In this document: positions 37,520 through 49,270 of the stretch, piece by piece | Numbering within the stretch: position 1 is the first letter of the stretch | Layout: every line of letters begins with the position of its first letter | DNA from: Octopus sinensis | Lineage: Eukaryota | Assembly (NCBI RefSeq): GCF_006345805.1 | Contig: NC_043001.1 | Coordinates: 25,110,001-25,174,000, forward strand | Length of the DNA: 64,000 nucleotides | Reading direction: 5' to 3' | The notes under the pieces: generated by a model | What the model was told of the DNA's origin: nothing | The model's database searches: none | The model's input: the letters and a program-made list of their open reading frames with translations, nothing else | Program-made: the position numbers and the translations under genes

Positions 37520-37738
37520 GTAGTATATTTTTTATATCGTGCTTTCACTTCACTATCGAGCGCAGCTCTGTGTGCCTTGGGTATGTGCTGTGATTTGTTG
37601 TGATGCTCTGATGGTTATTGTATGGAAAGTGTTCTGCATAGGATGTGTGCAGTGCCTAGTAGTGCAATTTTCTGTATGTTATATGTGTTTGTAAGTCCTG
37701 GTGTTTTTGTTATGTATTTGTCTGAATATTTTCTTTTA
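37520..37738 (-). mobile_element. R4/Dong-type LINE 3' tip
   Basis: KYITKTPGLTNTYNIQKIALLGTAHILCRTLSIQ* plus UTR; bounded by (ATT)n. Confidence 0.75.
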
Positions 37739-37769
37739 TCATTATTATTATTATTATTATTATTATATG

Positions 37770-39554
37770 TGTAACTTTTGCTTTGTATTTGTTCAAGTTG
37801 ACTAAAGTCTCGCCCAGAGACCTCAAGAGACAACAAGTTGGAAGTTCGTGTTGGTGTTATGCCTAGGTTGTCATATATTTGGTTTTTGCATATAGTATTG
37901 TTCTAGAGAATGTTTAAGAAAACATAAGAAAATTATGAGTTTGTTTTTAAATTTGAGATTACATAGGCAGTATTTTACGTTGGATATGTGCAGTTCCCAT
38001 GAGCACTATCTTTTGAATTTCTGTCATTTTGGGGTTTCCTGGTACCTGAGCTAGGTAGGAATCAGCCCCTTTTGCTATTATTCCTAGGGCACCTATGACA
38101 ACAGGTATTGTTTTAGTCTTGAGGTTCCACATTTTGCCAATTTCTATTTCAAGATCTTTATATTTGCTCAGTATCTGGTAGGTCTTGACAGATACATTTA
38201 TGCTGATTGGGACAGTCATATCAATGAGGAGGCATGTTCTTTGTCTGAAGTCTTTCAATATGATGTCTGGCCTATTTGCATCTATCTTTCTGTCAGTTTG
38301 AGTGGTGGAGTTCCAGAGGAGTGAGATGTGATCATTTCCAAGCACTGGAGATGGTTTGTGTTCCCACCAGTTTTTATCAAGGGCAGGTCCAGGTTTTTGC
38401 ATATTATTGGTGAATATATTGTGTAGCCATCTGCTCACGATACCAGAGGGCGCACACTCTCCTACCCTGATGTAATCTCCAGGGATACAGGCATCCAGCA
38501 ACAGGACCTCCGTAATGCTATGATGGACCGTGAAGTCTGGCGTAACATAATGAATTCCATTGTCTTGACCACAGTCAAACAATGATGATAATGATATTGT
38601 GCAGCTCTATCATGCCTCTTGAGATACTCTGTAGGTGCAAGAAAACTGCACATGGAGACAACATGATCAATGTTTCATTTTGTTGTTTATATACACGACA
38701 TGTTGGGCTACTGCCGTTCTTTAATATGTTGGCCTGGTAGTTTCTTGTAGATAGGCCTTGATCTTGGGCTGCTATGATAAACCCTTCTATTTCAGATTTT
38801 AAGCCAGGGGCCATTAGCCATTGATGGGTCAGGGCTTTGTCAACATCGGCATTATTCGCTCTCTTTGGGTATTTGCCATTGAGAGGTTTTTCTTGCCATT
38901 TATCAGTCAGAATATCTAAGGCAGCAGTTTTAGCATAGGTTTTCATATGCTTAGCTTTTTCTGTGCTTGTTTCCAGTACGTCTAATTCTTGGATTTATTG
39001 TATTTGGAATTCACTTAGATATTCCTTTGCCTGTTTTGTTACTGAGTATGATGCTTTCTTGTTTTCATGCTTTAAGACAAGTTTTAACATCCAGTCATCA
39101 GAGTTTTTCAGATAGGTGTTTAGGCCAGTTGTGGCAATTTTCATTGTTAATTCCAGTTGTAAAAGTCCACGGCCTCCCTCTTTTCTTGGCAGATAAAGTC
39201 GTTCTATATCTGCCTTAGGGTGGTGCATTCTATGCATTATCAACAATTTTCATATTTTTCTGTCAAGATTACATATTTCAGTAATTGACCAGTTAATGAT
39301 ATTGAAACTGTAAGTCACGACCTGTATGACTAAAGTATTGATCACTTCAATCCTGTTTCTTACATTCAGCTCTGTCTTGAGTATTGCCCTCACCATGCGA
39401 TAACATTCTCTTCTGATCCTTTCCTTCATCACTGAATGTTTGATTCCATTACCTTCAAATGCCCCTAGGTATTTGTAGGTCTCCGCTAGTTCTAACTCTT
39501 TTACGACATTCTGCTGGTCAAGATTAACGGACGTTTCTGCCATTTTTCCTTTGA

Positions 39555-39555
<1 letters not shown>
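37770..39555 (-). mobile_element. 5'-truncated R4/Dong-type LINE (RT C-terminus, CCHC, RLE), decayed
   Basis: YKYLG, HHPKADIERLYLPRKEGGRGL, EGFIIAAQDQ, CRV..., YLKRHD, NRPDIILKD..CLLIDMTVP, KYKDLEIEI..MW, IPVVIGALG; (ATT)n on both sides. Confidence 0.9.
38428..38593 (+). mobile_element. Second RTE-like family 3' tip inserted antisense in the Dong element
   Basis: RGRTLSYPDVISRDTGIQQQDLRNAMMDREVWRNI plus (ATG)n tail; 12-bp TSD ATATTGTG(T/C)AGC (38416-38427, 38594-38605). Confidence 0.8.
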
Positions 39556-39636
<81 letters not shown>

Positions 39637-39649
39637 ATTATTATGTGAT

Positions 39650-39945
39650 GAAAACTCACAGCTTATTTTGCTGAGTATGATGGAAAGTGTCAGCTGTCCA
39701 CAGCCAGCAGACTAAGGTGACACTTGTTTACTGGTCATGCTTCAAGAACCCTGTGAAGAATTCTTGCAGTTCCAAGCAATGCTGATTTTTGGAGGTGTTC
39801 TACCCTCAGACTTGCACCAATCTTTTTTCAGCCATGTTGGTAATTGAGTGCTGATACGTCCAAATGCACTAATTACTACTGATATCACATCTACTCTCTT
39901 CATTGACCACAACCTTCATATTTCCCACTTCAAATCATCATAGTT
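39650..39945 (-). mobile_element. Dong-type RLE 3' fragment (different subfamily)
   Basis: Minus-strand DDLKWEI*RLWSMKRVDVISVVISAFG and QKSALLGTARIL motifs; between (ATT)n tracts. Confidence 0.7.
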
Positions 39946-39949
39946 TATA

Positions 39950-39980
<31 letters not shown>

Positions 39981-39990
39981 TTACTATTAT

Positions 39991-40551
39991 TGAGTGAGAG
40001 AGCAGTGCATGCCATCAAATTGACACTGGGGTAAAATATACGACACCCAGTATACCTATCATGACTACCCGTCTGACAAGGGTACACTAGGCACATGCAT
40101 CACAACCATATGTGTGCGACATGGTGACCTCGTATAAAAATAAACAGCGCATGAGCTTGCAGGTGGGGCCTAGTTAGAATTTTCTTCTAGTTGAGTAACC
40201 CATCCCATTCAAAAGGTCCCTGAATAAAAGTTTTTTAAGGATGTTGAACAAAACACCCATGTTTCCAGAGGTGAATTATTCAAACCCAAACGAATCCCTC
40301 TCACCACATGGCTATGATTCTCCCACACTACTTCTGCTCGGGATCAGAGATGCACGTTTCGTCAGCTACTAAGGGACATGCTCAACTGGTTACGGTCAAA
40401 CAACTGACAAGCAAGTCTGTGGTATTGAGTAAAATATTTGCTGTAGCCCATCTTTTATACCAAGACAAGACAATGTACATGATAACACTTCCAATCAGTT
40501 AAGATCAGAAACCATGAAAGCCACTGCCTGGTACTGCATCAGGGCATGCAT

Positions 40552-40552
<1 letters not shown>
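39991..40552 (-). mobile_element. ~560-bp non-coding element embedded in (TAA)n
   Basis: Second, truncated copy at 45476-45692(+) ending GCATGCACTGCTCTCTCACTCA(ATA)n; both bounded by TAA repeats. Confidence 0.75.
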
Positions 40553-40590
<38 letters not shown>

Positions 40591-40623
40591 TATTATTATT
40601 ATTACTATTATTATTATTATTGC

Positions 40624-40656
<33 letters not shown>

Positions 40657-41561
40657 GGTGGTAAGCTGATAGCATCATAAGCACATAGGGAAATGCTTAG
40701 CAGCATTTCTTTTGGTTCTTTACATCTGAAGTTCAAATCCTAAAATTCTACTTGGCAAATCGGCCCTTACGAGCCAGGCATGGCTTGAGAAGGTCATTGA
40801 CATACTTTATTATGGTCATTGACATACTTTCAGTATGTGAGGTTCACCTGCATTTCTCTACATAGGTATCACGCTGATAAACGAAACCCCATATTAGATA
40901 AAGTTAGAGAACAACCCTCAAGTAGTGGTACTATAATGTTTTATTTGCTGGCTGTCATATTCTAGGTGCAAATGTTGACAATTGGAAGAATTACTCACAA
41001 CCTCAATACTTTATTATGTCTGATAACCTTATAGTTGTTGAAGATACAACTTTCTTGTTTCCATATTGTTACAGTAAATGGCAACAGAAGTTAAATGTCT
41101 AAATTTAATTATCATTTGTTGTAATTAATTGTCTAATTATCGTGTTATTATTTATCAAAATTTTCATCTCATTGATATATATAATCGCATGAGTATTGCT
41201 TTAATTTGTCAATATTAATTTATTTTCAACAGATTACTATTGCATCAAATAAGTTCAACTTCCATTTTTTTGTCAAAAAATTTCGTCAACATCGTCATCG
41301 TAATATTACACAAATCTAAGCTAAAAACTAGGTAAAATTTTTTAAATATCGTCAGGCCCACAAATATAAATATTTTGCCATGCACAAGAGAAATGACAAT
41401 ATCACAAATGATAAATGGAAAATATATTTTCTGTTTCAGATAACCATTAATAGCCAACAATCTGGCTCATATATATCAACTGCTAGTGCTCTTTTTTTTT
41501 TCAGCAATACAATCATGATAATTGAGAGATATTTATCTTGAATTGTCATAATGTACATTTA

Positions 41562-42615
41562 CAAGGAGTGGCAAAAGTTCCTGCTTTGTATAAAGGAAAA
41601 TACAGGAATATCAGTTAAATATGATTTTGCTCAACATGCTCCTCTCTCAGATGCACACACTTATTGCAACAGTCCTTCAGTTTTTCTGACCCTTGTAAAA
41701 GAACTCAGAAAGTTAGCCCTCCAACCAGGCCCTCAGTTTTTCTGAGCCCTGTAAACAAACTCAGAAAGTTAGCCCTTTAACCAGGCCCTCAGTTTTTCTG
41801 AGCCCTGTAAACAAACTCAGAAAGTTAGCCCTCCAACCAAGCCTTCAGTTTTTCTGACCCCTGTAAAAGAACTCAGAAAGTTAGCCCTCCAACCAGGCCT
41901 TCAGTTTTTCTGACCCCTGTAAAAGAACTCAGAAAGTTAGCCCTCTAACCAGGCCCTCAGTTTTTCTGAGCCCTGTAAACAAACTCAGAAAGTTAGCCCT
42001 CCAACCAAGCCTTCAGTTTTTCTGACCCCTGTAAAAGAACTCAGAAAGTTAGCCCTCCAACCAGGCCCTCAGTTTTTCTGAGCCCTGTAAACAAACTCAG
42101 AAAGTTAGCCTTCCAACCAAGCCTTCAGTTTTTCTGACCCCTGTAAAAGAACTCAGAAAGTTAGCCCTCCAACCAGGCCCTCAGTTTTTCTGACCCCTGT
42201 AAACAAACTCAGAAAGTTAGCCCTCCAACCAGGCCCTCAGTTTTTCTGAGCCCTGTAAACAAACTCAGAAAGTTAGCCCTCCAACCAAGCCTTCAGTTTT
42301 TCTGACCCCTGTAAAAGAACTCAGAAAGTTAGCCCTCCAACCAGGCCCTCAGTTTTTCTGAGCCCTGTAAACAAACTCAGAAAGTTAGCCTTCCAACCAA
42401 GCCTTCGGTTTTTCTGATCCCTGTAAACAAACTCAGAAAGTTAGCCCTCCAACCAAGCCTTCAGTTTTTCTGAGCCCTGTAAAAGAACTCAGAAAGTTAT
42501 CCCCCCAACCAGTCCTCCAGTTTTTCTGGGCCCTGTAAAAGAACTCCTAAAGTTGGCCCTCCAACCAGGCCTTTCGTGATACCCTTAAAGCTAGGAACTT
42601 TTCAGCACCCTATAG
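41562..42615. mobile_element. mariner-type MITE expanded by an internal tandem array
   Basis: TIR-like ends CAAGGAGTGGCAAAAGTTCCTG / AGGAACTTTTCAGCACCC; homologous to the 215-bp MITE at 60747-60961 in the opposite orientation. Confidence 0.8.
41674..42570. repeat. 56-bp minisatellite, 16 units
   Basis: CTCAGAAAG recurs at 41704, 41760, 41816 and onward; unit CC(C/T)TCAGTTTTTCTGA(G/C)CCCTGTAAA(CA/AG)AACTCAGAAAGTTAGCCCTCCAACCA(A/G)G. Confidence 0.95.
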
Positions 42616-42661
42616 TAAAATCATACAACATTATTGAGGGTGTTAAACAGAAATCATATCT

Positions 42662-43080
42662 ATAGGAGCAGCTGTGGCTGTATGGTTTAGAAGTTTGCTT
42701 CTGAACTACATGGTTCAAGTTTCAAACCCTCTGCATGGCACCTTGGGAAAGTATCTTCTACTTTGGCCCCAGGCCAACTAAAGCCTTGTGAATGGATTTG
42801 GTAATCAGAAACTGAAAGAAGCCTATAATATGTGTATATTTGTATGAGCGTATATATGCATATGTCTCTTTGTCTTGATATCATGTGAATGTTGTAAATA
42901 AAAGTCATTTATCATCGATATTCTGTGAAAACATGTCTAATCATGGGGAAATATTACCTTGCTTGGAAACAGGTGAGGGTTAGTAACAGGAAGAATATCT
43001 GACCATAGAAAATGTGCTTCAACAAATTCCATCTGACCCATGCAAGCATAGAAAAATAGACATTTAAATGATGATGATGA
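42662..43080 (+). mobile_element. SINE with family A head and RTE-type (GAT)n tail
   Basis: Family A head, a different body (ATTACCTTGCTTGGAAACAGGTGAGGGTT) and an RTE-like 3' end; second copy at ~60585-61195. Confidence 0.75.
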
Positions 43081-43249
43081 TCATTATTATCATTGATTGG
43101 TTATAAAACTGATGATGTAATAAACTGATGTTTTGGCTCTGCAGAATGAAATAAAGTTTCTTATGAAGTAACTACTTATAAATTAACCAATGAATTTCAA
43201 AAGACAAATAAAAATCAAATGGATATTGTAGTAGTGATACCCATGCCAT

Positions 43250-43940
43250 TGGATTGGAGGGCCTCACAGAGGAAATGACGAAGACCGAGACCCTCTGAGA
43301 TATGCTGTGACTGTGAAGACCCGACAAATGAAGTGAGTTCATGGTTCGCAAGACGGTCTGCTGTGCTAACCTTGGATCGTAGAGTGACCTGCTGTCCTTG
43401 AGGAGACCTATTGAGTCAAGTACATCAACACCAACATCAAAATAAAAAGTCAAATGGAAATTGTAGTTAAGATACCTGTGCCAGTGACATGTAAAAAGCA
43501 CCGTCTGAACATGGCTGATGCCAGCACCGCCTTGACTGGCATCTGTGTCAGAGACACATAAAAGCACCAACCGATCATGTGGCCGTTTTCCAGCTTTCTC
43601 TGGCCCCTGTGCTGGTGACATGTAAAAAGCACCGTCTGAACATAGCTGATGCCAGCACCGCCTTGACTGGCATCCGTGTCAGAGACACATAAAAGCACCA
43701 ACCGATCGTGTGGCCGTTTGCCAGCTTCCTCTGGCCCCTGTGCTGGTGGCACATAAAAAGCACCCACTACACTCACGGAGTGGTTGGCATTAGGAAGGGC
43801 ATCCACCTGTAGAAACACTGCCAGATCAGACTGAAGCCTGGTACACCTTCCTTGCTTCCCAGACCCCAGTCAAACCGTTCAACCCATGCTAGCATGGAAA
43901 ACGGACGTTAAACGATGATGATGATGATGATGATGATGAT
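43250..43940 (+). mobile_element. RTE LINE 3' end with duplicated ~120-bp UTR block
   Basis: GLTEEMTKTETL tip; ~43480-43610 repeated at ~43610-43745; (GAT)n tail. Confidence 0.85.
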
Positions 43941-44489
43941 GACCTAAGTATTCTGATAGCATCTAAAGAATGTCACCAATGTGTAATAAATATTGATCAG
44001 CCGTACAATAATTGAGAAACTGAGATAAAATAGTTAGTACATGATTGCAAATTTGAAAATAATGTATTGAATGTTATCAATCAAATTGTCAGATTTATAA
44101 CACATGAAGAACAATATGCTTTCTTTGGGATGAAAACAAATCACTTGGTTTTTCTATCAAAAGCTGGAAAGATCTATCATTATGTTAAAGAAGTCAAACA
44201 ATTGCTTAATGGAGTAATGATGTTGACCAACAATATTAATATTTTGTAATTTCTTCCAGTTATATTACAAACATCATCATCATCATCATTATTTAATGTC
44301 AGTTTTCCATGCTGGCATGGGTTGAACAGTTTGATAAGAGGTGGCAGGGCCAGTCAAAGAACTGCACCAGGTTACATAGACTGTGTTGGCATGGTTTCTA
44401 CAGTTGGATGCCCTTCTTTATGCCAACCACTTTACAGCGTGTACTGAGTGCTTTTTACATGGTACCATCACCAGTGCTTTTTACATACT

Positions 44490-45408
44490 TATAACTGGAA
44501 AGCCCCTGGTAAAAATAGAGTGCCAAATTTTTGGTTCACATCTCTCCCATGCACACATGCAAAGTTAATTCAGCTATTCAATGAGATTATGAGAGATCCT
44601 AAGAAAATACCTGATTGGCTAGCAAGTGGTATTACTTGCCCACTTCCAAAGAATAATGAAACTAAATTCTCCAAAACTATAAGCCCATAACTTGTCTATT
44701 CACCACATAAAACTTTAACATTCATCCTCATGGAGAAAACATATGCCTTTATGGAACAGAACAATATTTTCTCCACTGAACAAAAAGGGTGCTGACGGGG
44801 CTCATATGGATGCAAAGGTCAACTCCTTTGGGATTCTTTGGGACTCTCCAGTACATACAAAAGGACCATCAATGCTAATAAACCAGATATTGTTGTAAAA
44901 GACCAAAACAATAAAATCTGTTTGTTCATTGACATAAGCATGTCTTGTGTTTATAATATCTTGGCAAAAGAATTTGATAAGCTCAGAAAATATAAAGATT
45001 TGCTGACTGAAATTAAAAAAATGTGGAATCTCAAGATAGTTACAATACCAGTGATTGTCAGAGCACTTGAAGTGATCAAAAAGACAACTGAAGATCATTT
45101 GAGGGTGATCTCTGGCTTACCATCTGTGCAGAAAGTGCAAAGAATTGTTTTAACTGGTACATCTTGCATATTGAGAAGAGCATAGTCGCTGTTATTTTTT
45201 TTCCTTTTTCCCCTTATTTTGTTTTCTTTTTTCATTTTTTCTTCTTTTTTCCTGTCTTTCTTCCCTTTTTTTATTTTCTTTCACATGACTTTGTAAATGA
45301 ACAATCTTATGTGTTTATTTTAATGGCCTACCAATGTATAAGTGAGTTTCTTTGCCCTAGGTGTTGGGAAGACATTTGGCAAGAAATGGAAACAAAATTG
45401 AAAGAAGA
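44490..45408 (+). mobile_element. R4/Dong-type LINE with large internal deletion
   Basis: RT start (PDWLASGITCPLPK..PITCL..EQKGC..GSYGCKGQLL) fused to RLE (NKPDIVVKD..CLFIDISM..KYKDL..IPVIVRAL); ends at (AAT)n. Confidence 0.85.
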
Positions 45409-45428
45409 TAATAATAATAATAATAATA

Positions 45429-45476
<48 letters not shown>

Positions 45477-46269
45477 GGGATGGGTTACTCGATCTGAAGA
45501 AAATTCTAACTGGGCCCCACCTGCAAGGTCATGTGCTGTTTATCTTGATATGATATCACCATGTCGTGCACATATGGTTGTGATGCATGTGCCTGGTGTA
45601 CCCTTATTAGACGGGTAGTCATGATGGGTATACTGGGCTTCGTATATTTTACCCCAGAGTCACTTTGATGGCATGCACTGCTCTCTCACTCAATAATAAT
45701 AATAATATAATAATAATAATAATGACAGTGATGATAATAATACTGAGCATAGCATAAAATTGGTGCAAAGATGAACCAGAAAGCATCATTGAGAACAATG
45801 GATAAAAGATCTTGCAGGATTTTACAATCCATTGTGACTCCCTAATCAATGCTCAGAGACCAGACATTGTTGTGGTAGATTAAAGAAAAAAGAAACCAAG
45901 ATTATCAACCCGCTAAAAGGATGAAAGACAAAGTCAACCTCGGCAGAATTTGAACTCAGAACCTAACAGCAGACAAAATACTGCTAAGCATTTCACCTGG
46001 TGTGCTAACGTTTCTGCCAGCTCACCGCCTTCATGCAATAATAACGAGGATAATGGTTTCAACTTTTGGCACAAGGCCAGTAGTTTTGAGGGAGGGGTTA
46101 AATCAATTACTTCGACCCCAGTGTCCAACGGATACTTATTTTATGGATCCTGAAAGGATGCAAGGCAAAGTCAACCTTGGCAGGATTTGAACTCAGAGCG
46201 TTAAGACAGACAAAATGCCACTGAGCATTTTGCCCAGCATAATAATAATTCTGTCAGCTTACTGCATGA

Positions 46270-46516
46270 TAATAATTATAATGGTGATGAAGATGATGGT
46301 GGTGGTGGTGGTGGTGGTGTGGTGGTGGTGATGTTGCTGCTGCTGCTGTTTATGATGATGATGATAATGGTGATGATGATGATGATGATGATGATGATGT
46401 TGATGGTTGTGGTGGTGGTGCTACTGCTGCTCATGATGATGATGATGATGATGATAATGATGATGATGATTGTGGTGGTGGTGGTGGTGGTGGTGGTGGT
46501 GTGGTGGGGATGTTGA

Positions 46517-46557
<41 letters not shown>

Positions 46558-46640
46558 ATGATGACGATGATGATGATGATGGTGGTGGTGGTGGTGGTGG
46601 TGGTGGTGGTGGTGGTGATGGTGATGATGCTGATGATAAT
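46270..46640. repeat. Compound (GGT)/(GAT)/(GCT) trinucleotide tract
   Basis: Direct reading. Confidence 0.95.
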
Positions 46641-46879
46641 TTCAAGGAAAATTCCAGTTAAACATTAAAGTTGGAAATTAATGACCATAAAATTTGGAAT
46701 CTATTGTCATTGATTTTAAAATGGGTCCATATTTATTGAGAAAGAATTGGCTATAAACATTTAATATGTTGTCAAGAAGAGGTGGGGGGAGATAAATGGG
46801 TTGGGTTATGGATGCTCGAATGGTATAAGTATGAGGTTGGCCACTTCTGAGGAGCAGAAGCAATTATAGTAGAGACAGA

Positions 46880-47230
46880 AGAGAAGGCAGGAGGGGAGGG
46901 ATAGGAGGGGAGGAGGGGAGATGTGGGGAGGGGGAAAGAGACAAGGGGGGGACGAGGAGGAGGACAGGGGGGGAGGACGAGGGAAGGGGAGGACGAGGAA
47001 GGAGGAGAACGAGGGGAGGAGGACGAGGACGAGGAGGGGGACGACGAGGAAGGAGGAGAACGAGGGGAGGAGGAAGGGAGGAGGAGGACGAGGAGGAGAA
47101 AGGGAGGAGGAGGACGAGGAGGAGAAAGGGAGGAGGAGGAGGAGAAAGGGAGGAGGAGGACGAGGAGGAGAAAGGGAGGAGGAGGACGAGGAGGAGAAAG
47201 GGAGGAAGAGGACGAGGGGAGGAGGAGGAA
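46880..47230. repeat. Polypurine (GGA/GAG/GAC) tract with internal duplications
   Basis: Almost pyrimidine-free plus strand; GACGAGGAAGGAGGAGAACGAGGGGAGGAGG and GGAGAAAGGGAGGAGGAGGACGAGG blocks repeated. Confidence 0.9.
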
Positions 47231-47239
47231 GCATGTCCA

Positions 47240-47460
47240 TGAACAAATGGCTGGAACATGTCTGTTAACGATTGCATTATCAATTAGTCAAGTGGCCCTT
47301 CTCTGGATACAGTCCAAGATGTTTTGTGTGCATAGCAGTAATTCTGTCCCTAGTATATCAGAGCAGTACTTTATTATGCCCCGCCCCCATATAACTTTTG
47401 TAGAGTGTCAGCAATTCTTGGTAGGACTGAAATATTTTCTGGACCTGATATAGACAGTCA
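47240..47460 (-). pseudogene. Degenerate CR1/Jockey-like LINE C-terminal fragment
   Basis: Minus-strand RKYFSP...KYCSDILG...LDCIQRRAT.LI motif remnants. Confidence 0.45.
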
Positions 47461-47789
47461 ATCTTTGGGATGCAGATTGGCTATCTTAAAGGTTATGACT
47501 TAGAATATCATTTAAAAAATGAGATTTATTTTGTATCTTTCACTAGTTTCAGTGGTTTGACTCTGGCCATGCTGGAGCATTGCCTTGAAGCAGTCTTTTA
47601 GTTGAATGAATCTCTCCCCTACAATACCTTTTTTTAAAACCTGGACTGTATTCTATTGAACTTGCTTGTCAGACTGCTAGGTTACTGGGGTATAAACACA
47701 CCGACACCAGTTGTCAAGGGGTGGTGGGGGACAAACAAAGACACACACACACATACACAGACACATACATGTACACATACACACACACA

Positions 47790-47836
<47 letters not shown>

Positions 47837-47860
47837 ATGTATATATATATATATATATAT

Positions 47861-48170
47861 GTGGAAGCGCAATGGCCCAGTGGTTAGGGCAGCGGACTCG
47901 CGGTCAAAGGATCACGGATTTCATTCCCAGACTGGGCGTTGTGAGTGTTTATTGAGCGAAAACACCTAAAAAGCTCCACAAGGCTCCGGCAGGGGGTGGT
48001 GGCAATCCCTGCTGTACTCTTTTGCCACAGCTTTCTCTCACTCTTTCTTCTGTTGGCCTGCTCGCTTAGCCAGCGGGGTGGCATCATTTGAAGGCTAAAA
48101 CAATGTGAAGCGCATTGTGACCAGCGATGTGTAGCAACATCCGATAGCCTGGTCGGTCATGGTGATCACA

Positions 48171-48175
<5 letters not shown>
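47861..48175 (+). mobile_element. SINE family B, tail type 4, full length in (TA)n
   Basis: GTGGAAGCGCAATGGCCCAGTGGTTAGGGCAGCGGACTCGCGGTC head (A-box-like), B-box-like TTTCATTCCC; (TA)n on both sides. Confidence 0.9.
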
Positions 48176-48253
<78 letters not shown>

Positions 48254-48754
48254 TATGATATAATCTTCAAGACAACATGAGGAAACAGAGAAGGCGTCAA
48301 AACTGCTGACTGGACAGAATTTTGATTTTGGGGTAAGTTATAAAAATTTTATTTTATCTGGATTCTAAATCACATCAAATAATTGATGGAAGTCTTGCTG
48401 GATAGATGGTTATCACTAAAGAAACTGAATCAGCCATGAAGTCTGATATCAATATTATTCAAATTAAACAATTCCTCGATGATAGTTAGCAAGAAAATAG
48501 CTAAATATTGAAGATGAAGATCTAAGAGACTATTGCATAAAACATGATGCAATCAATTATCAGAGGAATTTATTAATTTCACAGTGCAATTTTCCTAATT
48601 GTTATTCTGCAAGTACAACAAAATAAATTTTTTAAACCAACTGCACGAAAGTCATTGCTCAAATGAAGCAAACAAGATATACATACTGTTACTGGCCAAA
48701 AATGTAACAGAGATGAAAGAGTCAACTTATCTATATATGCATATATTTATGTAC

Positions 48755-48812
<58 letters not shown>

Positions 48813-48910
48813 ATGTGTGATATATATATATAAATAATATATAAATGTATGCATATATACATACATATATGTACATACCTACATATATATGTATATATAC
48901 ATGCATATAT

Positions 48911-49270
48911 GGGTACGGACATCAAAAAGACGTTGAACACAATGAGAAACGAAAACATAAAAACAAAAACATAGAAACAAACTCTTTTTCAAACAACAAA
49001 AAAAACCCAGAGAAACGAGACATGCAACATAAAGAATATTCCCCTTCTTCAGTTGTCCCTGTTTCATCTACTCCACGTTTCGAAGGTAAGGACAAGACGC
49101 GACTTCATTGAAGCAGTCCTTCCCGCAAAGCAAATTAAATAAAATTTGGGATTTTTGCGGAGGGTGAAAGTGGTAACAAGAACAGGACAGTGAGAGCAAA
49201 ACAGTAAAAACAATAAAAAAGTAAAAACAGTAAAAGACAAGACAATGAGAACAAAACAGTAAAAACAAAC
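48911..49270 (-). mobile_element. PLE pseudo-LTR-like element in TA-rich microsatellite
   Basis: Pyrimidine-rich minus strand with ...CAATGAAG...CTTCGAAACGT remnant, organised like H1/H2. Confidence 0.5.

Noticed and set aside
41674-42570. CRISPR-like regular array
   Set aside because: Units are contiguous 56-bp tandem copies with no unique spacers; eukaryotic context, no cas genes; derived from a MITE segment.
46806-47453. Long Arg/Glu/Gly- and Pro/Ser-rich ORFs
   Set aside because: Polypurine low-complexity tract lacking stops by composition.
47861-47935. tRNA gene
   Set aside because: The tRNA-like sequence is a SINE head continuing into SINE body, with many diverged copies and no clean cloverleaf or terminator.
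48254-48337. Plus-strand exon ending in GTAAGT
   Set aside because: No credible acceptor and stops in all frames from the nearest AG.
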